Origin: Clostridia bacterium
GTDB taxonomy: Bacteria; Bacillota; Clostridia; Christensenellales; Borkfalkiaceae
Length of the DNA stretch: 64,000 nucleotides
Reading direction: 5' to 3'
NCBI GenBank assembly: GCA_900770945.1
Contig: CAAGME010000037.1
Coordinates: 78,336-142,335, forward strand
Each line of letters opens with the position of its first letter. Positions within the stretch are counted from its first letter, which is position 1. The translations under genes and the position numbers were made by a program. Positions 48,821-56,881 of the stretch are shown here, in pieces. The notes beneath the pieces are model-generated. The model was not told the DNA's origin. It did not search any database and saw only the letters and a list, made by a program, of their open reading frames with translations.

Positions 48821-49843
48821 TCAAAGGGTAACGAGTTTTTTCGTCGTCTTCATGAACGGAACGACTTTGCCGCCTCTTAGCGTAACGGTGTTTTCGATTC
48901 TTATACCGAACTTACCGTCGAGATAAACGCCCGGTTCAATCGAGAAAACCATTCTGTTTTCGAGCGTTCCTTTGCCCTTGGGCGAAAGCGCGGGCGGTTC
49001 GTGGATATTGACGCCGATGCCGTGACCTAAGGAATGAGTGAAGTATTTTCCGTAACCCCTCTCTTCGAGAATATCGCGCGCTATCTTGTCGGCGGCGACG
49101 CATTCTATGCCGGCGTAAATGCCCTTTTCGGCGGCAAGATGAGCTTCAAGCACGGCTTCGTACGCCTTTTTGAATTGCTTATCCGGCTTTCCGTAAAAGA
49201 AAGTCCTTGTCATATCCGAGCAGTAGCCCTTATACAAACAACCGAAGTCTATAAGCACGCATTCGTTGTTTTTGAGCCTCGTACTCCCCGTTTCGTGGTG
49301 CGGGACGGCGGCGTTTTTGCCGAAAGCGACGATTGTTTCGAAAGACGGATTGCTCGCGCCGTGCTTTTTGAATTCGGCTTCTAAGGCGGCGGCAAGCTCC
49401 AATTCGCTTATCCCCTCTTTTATGAGCGGCAAAACGCATTTGAGCGAAGCTTCCGCTATGGCACAGGCTTTTTTGATGTTTTTAAGCTCTTCGTCCGACT
49501 TTATCTTCATCGAAGCGACCATGTCCTTAGAACAGTCTTTGAGCGAAAAACCCAGCTCTCCGTACTCTTCCGCTTCGGAAATACTCGTCTTGGTGTAGTC
49601 GATATAAAGGTCCTTTTTGCCCGTGGACTTCAAAAATTCAAACGCCTCGTTTTTAAAGCCTTTCACTACCGTAACGTCGGAATTTTTCAATGCTTTTTGA
49701 GCGGCGTAAAAATACCTCGGGTCAACGAAAAGGAACTTCTTTCCGTCCGACACGACAACGTACCCGTCGGTTGCGAAAAAGCCGGTCAGGTACAATCTTT
49801 GCTTTTCATTCGTCAACAAATAAAGGTTGTTTTCGTTAAGCAT
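48821..49843 (-). CDS. M24-family Xaa-Pro aminopeptidase (YqhT-like)
   Basis: HSLGHGIGVNIHEPP metal-binding motif; conserved position upstream of efp. Confidence 0.8.
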   Translation of the reverse strand: MLNENNLYLLTNEKQRLYLTGFFATDGYVVVSDGKKFLFVDPRYFYAAQKALKNSDVTVVKGFKNEAFEFLKSTGKKDLYIDYTKTSISEAEEYGELGFSLKDCSKDMVASMKIKSDEELKNIKKACAIAEASLKCVLPLIKEGISELELAAALEAEFKKHGASNPSFETIVAFGKNAAVPHHETGSTRLKNNECVLIDFGCLYKGYCSDMTRTFFYGKPDKQFKKAYEAVLEAHLAAEKGIYAGIECVAADKIARDILEERGYGKYFTHSLGHGIGVNIHEPPALSPKGKGTLENRMVFSIEPGVYLDGKFGIRIENTVTLRGGKVVPFMKTTKKLVTL

Positions 49844-50012
49844 AATTTCACCTTCTTATTTACCCTAAATATAATAGCACACTTCGACTGCAAAAGTCAA
49901 TACAAATCAAAAGATTTTTCGTCTATTTTTACCGTTTTCGCCATTATAAGCCCCCTAATTTTACCCGATTAAAAAAATTACGGACAAATTTACGCTAATT
50001 GCGAACATACGT

Positions 50013-50041
50013 TTGACATACGAAAAAGAGCGGTGTATAAT
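50013..50041 (+). promoter_or_regulatory. Consensus sigma-A promoter for the radical SAM / DNA-metabolism gene pair
   Basis: TTGACA - 17 nt - TATAAT, a perfect match to the consensus, ~35 nt upstream of the RBS AAAGGAG and the ATG at 50074. Confidence 0.65.
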
Positions 50042-50073
50042 ATACGAGCAATAAAAAACGTTGCCGAAAGATT

Positions 50074-51348
50074 ATGCGGGCGGCAAAAAGGAGCGTAAAT
50101 ATGATTGACGAAAGAAAACTCGAAATCTTAACGGAAAGCGCGAAGTACGACGTTTCGTGTTCGTCGTCCGGCTCTTCGAGAAAAAACGTTAAGGGCGGGG
50201 TCGGCAACGCAAGCTACGGCGGAATTTGCCATTCGTTTACGCAGGACGGGCGGTGCATATCGCTACTTAAAATCCTTTCGTCGAACAAATGCGTGTACGA
50301 CTGCTTATATTGCGTAAACCGCCGCAGCAACGACGTTCCGCGCGAGTCCGCCTCGCCCGAGGAGATTTGCGAGCTTGTCATGAATTTTTACAGGCGAAAC
50401 TACATAGAAGGGCTTTTCTTGTCCTCCGCGGTGGAACGCAGCCCCGACTACACTATGGAACGGCTTTTAGAAGTCGTAATGCGGCTAAGAAAGCTTTACT
50501 GTTTTCACGGGTACATTCACTTAAAAGGCATACCCGGGGCGAGTAAATATCTCTTAAACAAAGCCGCAAAATACGTTGACAGAATGAGTTGCAACATAGA
50601 GCTTCCGAGCGAGAAAAGCCTTAAACTTTTAGCTCCGCAAAAGTCAAAAACCGCGCTTATCGAGCCGATGGGAATGTTAGCGGAAAATTTGCGGCAAGCA
50701 AAAACGGAGCGCAACAAAAAGTTTTTGCCGGCAGGACAGACAACGCAAATGATTGTCGGGGCATCGCGCGAGACGGATGGGCAGATAATAAGGCTTACGC
50801 AGGCTTTATACAAAAAATTCGATATGAAGCGAGTGTATTTTTCATCGTATATCCCGACTAATTTTACTTCAAACCTCCTGCCCGCCCGCCCCGCCGGGCT
50901 TTTGCGCGAACACCGCCTTTATCAAGCCGACTGGTTAATGCGGTTTTACGGGTTCAGAGCCGACGAAATTTCCGACGAGAACGAAGACCTCGATTTAACG
51001 ATGGACCCCAAGTGCCGCTGGGCTTTGCGCCACCCCGAGTTTTTCCCGGTGGAAGTAAACGCCGCCCCGCCGGAAGTTTTGCTACGCGTTCCCGGGATAG
51101 GGTTCAAAAGCGCGTACAAGATAGTTTCCGCGCGGAGGTATTCCAAGCTTGATTTTTGCGACCTTGTCAAGCTCCGCGTGGTTTTAAAGCGAGCGGCGCA
51201 TTTTGTCACTTGCGGCGGCAAGTTCATCGGCGACGAAAAAAACGCTCAACGGCTTTTGCTTCTACCCGAAGCCGAGCAAAAATACGAACAACTGTCTCTC
51301 TTTTCTTCGCCGGAAATAAGCTTAAGCGCGTTAACGGGGCAGTTATGA
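50074..51348 (+). CDS. Putative DNA modification/repair radical SAM protein (TIGR03916-like)
   Basis: CVYDCLYC (Cx3Cx2C) radical SAM cluster motif; 424 aa; stop overlaps the start of the partner gene (ATGA). Confidence 0.75.
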   Translation: MRAAKRSVNMIDERKLEILTESAKYDVSCSSSGSSRKNVKGGVGNASYGGICHSFTQDGRCISLLKILSSNKCVYDCLYCVNRRSNDVPRESASPEEICELVMNFYRRNYIEGLFLSSAVERSPDYTMERLLEVVMRLRKLYCFHGYIHLKGIPGASKYLLNKAAKYVDRMSCNIELPSEKSLKLLAPQKSKTALIEPMGMLAENLRQAKTERNKKFLPAGQTTQMIVGASRETDGQIIRLTQALYKKFDMKRVYFSSYIPTNFTSNLLPARPAGLLREHRLYQADWLMRFYGFRADEISDENEDLDLTMDPKCRWALRHPEFFPVEVNAAPPEVLLRVPGIGFKSAYKIVSARRYSKLDFCDLVKLRVVLKRAAHFVTCGGKFIGDEKNAQRLLLLPEAEQKYEQLSLFSSPEISLSALTGQL

Positions 51349-52091
51349 TTTATTTCACAAAAAGCGGGCGCGACGGAATTTTGTGCGCTCTATACGAAAG
51401 CTTCACTCAAAAAGAATCCCCTTCCGCCGTGTATTCGTCAAGCTTTGCTCCCGTTATCGGTGAAGAGGTAAAAGAGATAGTTTTTGACAAAGAAAACGCC
51501 GTCAGAGTAAAAAAAGGCATTATCAAACACGGGGGTATAAGCCTGTTATCGGCACTTTTTTATCCTTTGCGTTCATATTCGGACGATAAAGAAACGGTGG
51601 TTTTCAAAGCCGCCGAGCGGTGCCTTGACATGCGGAAAAACGTCCTCGATAATTTTTCCGATAGGTTCGTTTTAAGGCATTACGAGCTTACAAAGCAAAT
51701 AAGTTACGAGGTTCACAGAATGGAAGGTTTTTTGCGTTTTGAAGAAGCCGAGGGCGGATATTATGCGCGCTTTACTCCCGACAACGACATTATAGACCTT
51801 GTCGCCCCGCACTTTAAAAGAAGATTTTCCGACGAAAAATTCATCATTCACGACATAAAGCGCAACAAGCTTTGCTTTTTCGACGGCGAAGCCCTGCATT
51901 TTTTAAAACCCGATAAGCCCGTCACGGTGTATTTGACGGCAAACGAGCAAGCTTATTCTTCGCTTTGGAAAAAATATTTTAAGGCGGTAAGCATAGCGGA
52001 GCGCAAAAACGAACGCTTACAAGACAATTGGCTTCCTCGCCGCTACCGCGCCACCATGTTGGAATTCTCCCCTCCCGAAAACTTTAACTAA
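51345..52091 (+). CDS. Probable DNA metabolism protein, uracil-DNA-glycosylase-superfamily (TIGR03915-like) partner of the radical SAM protein
   Basis: Start reset to MIYFTKSG at 51345 (4-nt overlap with the upstream stop); 248 aa; conserved pairing with the TIGR03916 radical SAM. Confidence 0.65.
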   Translation: MIYFTKSGRDGILCALYESFTQKESPSAVYSSSFAPVIGEEVKEIVFDKENAVRVKKGIIKHGGISLLSALFYPLRSYSDDKETVVFKAAERCLDMRKNVLDNFSDRFVLRHYELTKQISYEVHRMEGFLRFEEAEGGYYARFTPDNDIIDLVAPHFKRRFSDEKFIIHDIKRNKLCFFDGEALHFLKPDKPVTVYLTANEQAYSSLWKKYFKAVSIAERKNERLQDNWLPRRYRATMLEFSPPENFN

Positions 52092-52524
52092 AAAAATTTT
52101 CGGTCGATGTTTTTTTAGAGCCGGCTTTCGCCCCTCCACTCAAAAACAATCGACCGATTTTTTTTGGTTTTTAATCGTTCGCCCTTTGTCCGCTTATAAG
52201 CAACTCCGGCATAATGGTAGCATTTAAAATTACTTAGACCTAAAACCTCAAATCCGAGATTTCGGTAACGGAAAATAGCGATTCCGATAACTTTAAACAC
52301 TTAAAAGGTATAACCACAAGTATATTTTATCGTTAATTTTGTTGTTTAACAAGCAAACCGATTTAAAAACATATTCAAAAAAAATCTTCATCAACGCACA
52401 AGAGCGTTTCGTCCGAGATTTTTTCTTTTGTGACGATGTTATCGACAAGCACCATCGAAACACCGATTTATCTTGCGAATCGATTTATGGTTCACAACCA
52501 TTTTTTCTCTATCAACAAATATTA

Positions 52525-52620
52525 ACGTAAGATATGCAGGAATCGTTTGGCAAACGCCTCCTGCGTAATGTCTATCGGGTTATCGTCCCACATTGTATCA
52601 AGTATCTTATTTTTGCTCAT
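52525..52620 (-). CDS. Candidate 32-aa small ORF downstream of the ASCH gene
   Basis: MSKNKILDTMWDDNPIDITQEAFAKRFLHILR, preceded by a strong RBS AGGAGAG with an 8-nt spacer, 44 nt downstream of the ASCH stop; no homology recognised. Confidence 0.25.
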
Positions 52621-52664
52621 TTATAAAACTCTCCTGATGATTTTTCTACTTTCAATTGATGTTT

Positions 52665-53036
52665 TTAAATGTATACGAAGGATTGCGGCGCGGATTTAAT
52701 GCCGTATTCCAATAAAGTTTTAGGCTCATCATAAACTTTAATTTTGCCTAATTTATAAGCGTAGGCAATTTCTTTTCCCTCAAAATACTCATCGAAAAAT
52801 GCTTTGCTGATGCCGGATTCTTCTTTTGTAAGTTTCCACAATTCTTCAGGCGAATACATTAAAACGTCTATAATTTCTGCTTCTGCAACAATTCTTTTTA
52901 CGGGAGTGGTTTCGTAAATAACGATGGAAGTAATATCTTGTTTTGCTGCAATTTTTCTATATTCGTATTTCTTGATGCCTTTAATAATATTTTGCACGTG
53001 CTCAGGGTTGATGGATATTAATATTTTCTTTTTCAT
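52665..53036 (-). CDS. Standalone ASCH (PUA-like) domain protein, YqfB-like
   Basis: 123 aa. ILISINPEHVQNIIKGIKKYEYRK matches the ASCH N-terminal G-x-K-x-x-E-x-R signature. Start codon sits 3 nt after the stop of the 618-aa gene, with its GGAGG RBS inside that gene's end. Confidence 0.7.
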   Translation of the reverse strand: MKKKILISINPEHVQNIIKGIKKYEYRKIAAKQDITSIVIYETTPVKRIVAEAEIIDVLMYSPEELWKLTKEESGISKAFFDEYFEGKEIAYAYKLGKIKVYDEPKTLLEYGIKSAPQSFVYI

Positions 53037-53039
53037 TTT

Positions 53040-54896
53040 TTATTCCTCCATTCCTAATTTATAAATAGTGTCAAATTGCTCTTGGGTTATAAACGTAAAC
53101 GGGCGCGGTCCTGAATACTTATCTAAAACACCGTAATCTCTTAATTCGTTTAATGTAACCTTATGATTAAATGGTTTGTAATCTAAAATCGTTACTACGG
53201 TAGAATATTTACTATATACAGCTCGGATATCTTTTTCATTGAAAATTGATTTATCCTTACAAATACTTATACACTCTTCGACGTTCTTAGTTTTTATGAC
53301 TTCTTGAACAATCGCCATACCGGTAACCACCGAAGAGTAATTTTTGTACAACCCTTCTCCCATTCTATAAATTAAAACCATGTCTCCCACTTTTGCCGGA
53401 ATATTAAACGCTCCCGTTAAATATATCTTCTCGATTGCATATCTATGAGCAAGGTTATCTTCATATAAATGCATATCTTCGTTCTTCAAAATATTATCAG
53501 GAAATAAATCCGTATGATATTTAGCATAAATAGGAAGAAAGTAATGATTTCGATCCTTTTTCAAAATAGGATAATTGAACTTTGGCGTTTCAGCATCGTT
53601 ATACTGTTTCATATCTTTTACAAGCACTAATTCGCCGTTCGATTTCTTATAGCCGTGCTTAACAAAACCCCATTGTTCCATTATACTTTTTAATGCGCAA
53701 ACTTCCTGCCTTTTATCTTCAAAAAGCGTTACATACGCTTCATCAACATTCCACTTGACAGCATTCTCAAAAATAATCTTTAAGAAACGTTCTCCCAAAC
53801 GGAAACCTGTGCGCTCGATCTTAAAAGTTCCAACTTTTAATCTTCTTTTCGGAGATAATATGGGCTCTATATCAGAATAGTTTTCGTTTTCATCTTCTAT
53901 TTTAAGATATAAAAAGCCTTTTAATTTTTCGTCATTATCTTCAAAAACGTATGCTTTTTCATTGCCTTTTTTCTTAAACCAATCATCAAACTTTTTTCCT
54001 TCATAATCTTCTCTTAGAGTATCAAAGAAAGAGCTGTTTATATCCACCTCGTCGAATCGTTTTAATTTAACCGCAAGCATTTTGTATTCAATGTTTTTTG
54101 GATACGTCCTTTCAAAATACTCTAACAGTTCAGCAGATGTAACGACTTTATCTCTGATAAACAAATCTTTTGCTTTTTTCAAGATTGCGTTATCATCGGT
54201 AAGCAGAATACCAACATTATCATTATATACTTCTAAAAGTAAAGCATTATCAATTTTGCTATTTGCATCTTGCGAATATTGATTCACAATATGTTCAAAG
54301 TAATCATCTTTTTCTGAAGTGAACGAAGGCAAGATGTCATAAGAACTTGCTTTAGCAAGCATTGCATTTTTTACTTTCTCGTCTTTATGCGATTCCAATT
54401 CCCCTATAGTGCTTTTATGTAGATATTTCTTTAATTGTTTTTTATCGAACCATTTAAACAAGTTGCTTATCTCGAACGAAACATTATTACTGCTTTCTCT
54501 TTTAATAAAAATATTTGTATCAAGCAAAATACTTGATTTTGAATAGTCAATATATAACGGCTCTATTTCAAATGCGACGATTCCGTAACGGTCAACTTCA
54601 TCTTTAGAATAAAATTTATAACACTCTTTTAAAGTAGCGTCTAATGAAGTGAAAATGTTTTTAAAATCTTGTTCCCAATTTTCAATTAAAGCTTCATTCC
54701 ACGAACTATAAACTTTAATTCCTTTTATAGTTGCTCTAACGAAGTAATCTTTATTTTGATTTGATATCAAAACGAAAGTGTCGCCCACTTTTGCCTGCAT
54801 CCTTTCAGGCGACGCTAACCGATATTCGTGTTTTTTTACTCTGTTTTTAATGTCGCTTATAAATTTATCTCTAATTTTTAAATAATATGTTTTCAT
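53040..54896 (-). CDS. Multidomain fusion protein: ASCH (aa 1-115), PIN nuclease (~120-265), GNAT acetyltransferase (~305-430), C-terminal PUA-like/EVE-like beta-barrel (~440-618)
   Basis: N-terminus LKIRDKFISDIKNRVKKHEYRL (ASCH-like). SILLDTNIFI…GELES…GILLTDDNAIL (PIN acidic quartet). VGTFKIERTGFRLGERFLKIIFENA and ALKSIMEQWGFVKHGY (GNAT motifs A and B). C-terminal KVGDMVLIYRMGEG…VVTGMAIVQEV (EVE/PUA-like). AT-rich codon usage unlike the neighbours. Confidence 0.6.
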   Translation of the reverse strand: MKTYYLKIRDKFISDIKNRVKKHEYRLASPERMQAKVGDTFVLISNQNKDYFVRATIKGIKVYSSWNEALIENWEQDFKNIFTSLDATLKECYKFYSKDEVDRYGIVAFEIEPLYIDYSKSSILLDTNIFIKRESSNNVSFEISNLFKWFDKKQLKKYLHKSTIGELESHKDEKVKNAMLAKASSYDILPSFTSEKDDYFEHIVNQYSQDANSKIDNALLLEVYNDNVGILLTDDNAILKKAKDLFIRDKVVTSAELLEYFERTYPKNIEYKMLAVKLKRFDEVDINSSFFDTLREDYEGKKFDDWFKKKGNEKAYVFEDNDEKLKGFLYLKIEDENENYSDIEPILSPKRRLKVGTFKIERTGFRLGERFLKIIFENAVKWNVDEAYVTLFEDKRQEVCALKSIMEQWGFVKHGYKKSNGELVLVKDMKQYNDAETPKFNYPILKKDRNHYFLPIYAKYHTDLFPDNILKNEDMHLYEDNLAHRYAIEKIYLTGAFNIPAKVGDMVLIYRMGEGLYKNYSSVVTGMAIVQEVIKTKNVEECISICKDKSIFNEKDIRAVYSKYSTVVTILDYKPFNHKVTLNELRDYGVLDKYSGPRPFTFITQEQFDTIYKLGMEE

Positions 54897-54973
54897 TTAT
54901 TATTCTCTCAATTTATCCTAAAAAGTATAAGTTTCTTTTTCTTCTCTAAGTTCTTTCAATATAAGCATATTTT

Positions 54974-55192
54974 TTAAACTTTAAAATAATCGTCAAGCCC
55001 TAAAAGGTAATCCGCGCTTTCGTTGAGCAATTTGCATAGGTTAAACAACACTTCGACCGACGGCAAGTTTTCACCGTTTTTCCAATTCGTAATATTGCTT
55101 TCGGAAATATTCAACTTTTCGGCGATTTCCTTTTGAGAAAGCCCGCTGCTTTTTATCGCTTCTGCAATTCTTTCGCTAAACTTCATAATCAC
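54974..55192 (-). CDS. XRE-family helix-turn-helix transcriptional regulator
   Basis: 72 aa; LSQKEIAEKLNISESNITNWKNGENLPSVEVLFNLCKLL is a canonical HTH_XRE. Confidence 0.8.
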   Translation of the reverse strand: MIMKFSERIAEAIKSSGLSQKEIAEKLNISESNITNWKNGENLPSVEVLFNLCKLLNESADYLLGLDDYFKV

Positions 55193-55293
55193 AATTACAC
55201 CTCATTTTTAATTCAGTTTAACAGAATTAAATGCGAAATTGTTGACATTTCAGTCTTACTGAAGTATAATTAACACACACAGGGAGATTTATT

Positions 55294-55650
55294 ATGTTTT
55301 GTAAAAATTGCGGAAAGGAAGTTGACGAAAAGGCTTACGTTTGCATACATTGCGGGTGCAAGATAGAGAGCAAAGAAGAAAAAACGGAAAATAACGTTTT
55401 TGAGAGTTTATCGCAAGCGTTTTCGGTTATCGCGCTTGTAGGGATTTTAGTTTATATTATTTTTTCCGACGCAAAAAACGCCTTGCTTGTTTTAAAAATA
55501 GCGAGCTTGGGCGGCACTATTGCGGCTTTTATCGGCGCGGTTTTCGGGAAAATAAAAAACGACGACGATAGCAATTTTTTCCACAATATCGTTGAATTTC
55601 TTATTTGCATAGCTTTGATTTTTAAAACTTTAATAAATTTTTCGGAATAA
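55294..55650 (+). CDS. Zinc-ribbon membrane protein (N-terminal CxxC…CxxC, then 2-3 TM helices)
   Basis: MFCKNCGKEVDEKAYVCIHCGC followed by hydrophobic helices; divergent from the HTH gene; terminator ctcggg…cccgag plus a T-run at 55654-55700. Confidence 0.55.
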   Translation: MFCKNCGKEVDEKAYVCIHCGCKIESKEEKTENNVFESLSQAFSVIALVGILVYIIFSDAKNALLVLKIASLGGTIAAFIGAVFGKIKNDDDSNFFHNIVEFLICIALIFKTLINFSE

Positions 55651-55701
55651 AAAACTCGGGAATCATTAGCGACGAAACCCGAGTAAATTATTTTTTTCTT
55701 T

Positions 55702-56829
55702 TTACTTTTTCAAGTGCGAAAGGTGCGTGTAGTAAAAGCATTCTATGCGACCGTTGTAGACTTTGCGCTTTTTGTCGGCTTTTCTGCCGAAGAGCCGCTC
55801 GAAGTCGGTAACGGGGGTGAGCGTGTAAAAACACCAATCTTCGTTGCGGCGGGCGACCTTGCCGAGGAGCGAATACAACCGCTCTATATCGGCGCGTTCG
55901 CTCAATCTTTCGCCGTACGGCGGGTTGGAAATTACTACGCCGCGCTTTAAGTCGGAGTTGAAGTCTGCCATATCCGCGCAGGAAATTTTCAAAAAGTCGG
56001 CAACCCCTGCGGCTTTGGCGTGGCGGCGGCAAAGGGAAAGCTGCTTTTCGTCAATGTCCGAAGCAAAAATCGGGGTAGTTACCTTTTCAACGCGCTTAGC
56101 CATCGCTTCGGCTCGGCTTTGCTCAAAAACCTTTTTGTCGAAGTACTTATGAAAAGTAAAATCGAATTCGCGTTGAAGCCCGGGCGCAATACCGGCGGCT
56201 TTGCGCGCGGCCTCGATGGCAATTGTCCCCGTGCCGCAGAAAATGTCGGCGAAAGGTCTGTCCTTATTCCAGACCGACAAATCGATTAGCGCGGCGGCGA
56301 GAGTCTCTTTTATCTGCGCCTCGCCCGCAAGCGTTCTGTATCCGCGCTTATGAAGCCCTTCGCCCGAAGTATCGAGTGAAACGGTGGCAAAATCCTTGTG
56401 AACGGAAATTTCTATTCTGTATCTTTCGCCGCTTTCGGGGAGCGAAGAAAGCTTGTACGCCTTACAAAGTCGTTTTACAATCGCCTTTTTCGCTACCGAC
56501 TGAACGGCTGTGAGTGCGTGAAGCTTGCTTTCGAAAAGCTTGATATCGAAGAACAGCTTGCAGTCCGCGGAAAGATAGTTTTCCCACGGGATAGCGGAAA
56601 CACCGTCGAAAATCGAATCGAAGTCGGGTGCTTTGAATTCGGCAAGTTTTATGTAAACTCTTCCCGCGGTGGAAAGGTTGATATTGCAATCGGCAATGGT
56701 TTTTAAGTCGCCCTCGAAAGAAATTCTGCCGTTGATTGCGGGAACGTTGTCTTTTGTAATTCCTAAGTCGAAAAGCTCTCTTTTTGTTACGGCTTCAAGC
56801 CCCGCCGCAGCGGAAACTGTTATTATCAT
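55702..56829 (-). CDS. THUMP-domain class I SAM-dependent RNA methyltransferase (RlmL/YpsC-like)
   Basis: N-terminal THUMP; methylase motifs DIFCGTGTIAIEA and ISNPPYGERL (NPPY). Confidence 0.8.
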   Translation of the reverse strand: MIITVSAAAGLEAVTKRELFDLGITKDNVPAINGRISFEGDLKTIADCNINLSTAGRVYIKLAEFKAPDFDSIFDGVSAIPWENYLSADCKLFFDIKLFESKLHALTAVQSVAKKAIVKRLCKAYKLSSLPESGERYRIEISVHKDFATVSLDTSGEGLHKRGYRTLAGEAQIKETLAAALIDLSVWNKDRPFADIFCGTGTIAIEAARKAAGIAPGLQREFDFTFHKYFDKKVFEQSRAEAMAKRVEKVTTPIFASDIDEKQLSLCRRHAKAAGVADFLKISCADMADFNSDLKRGVVISNPPYGERLSERADIERLYSLLGKVARRNEDWCFYTLTPVTDFERLFGRKADKKRKVYNGRIECFYYTHLSHLKK

Positions 56830-56881
56830 AATTGAAAAAGTCCTTATATAAGTCGATTATCGCGTGTTTTTTTGAAAAAAA

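Noticed and set aside
52115-52530. 61-aa and 63-aa ORFs in the island's non-coding stretch
   Set aside because: No RBS, AT-rich low-complexity translations; only the 32-aa ORF at 52525-52620 has convincing translation signals.
55688-56032. Minus-strand 114-aa ORF and plus-strand ORFs overlapping the THUMP methyltransferase
   Set aside because: Alternative frames of a well-supported 375-aa gene; no independent signals.
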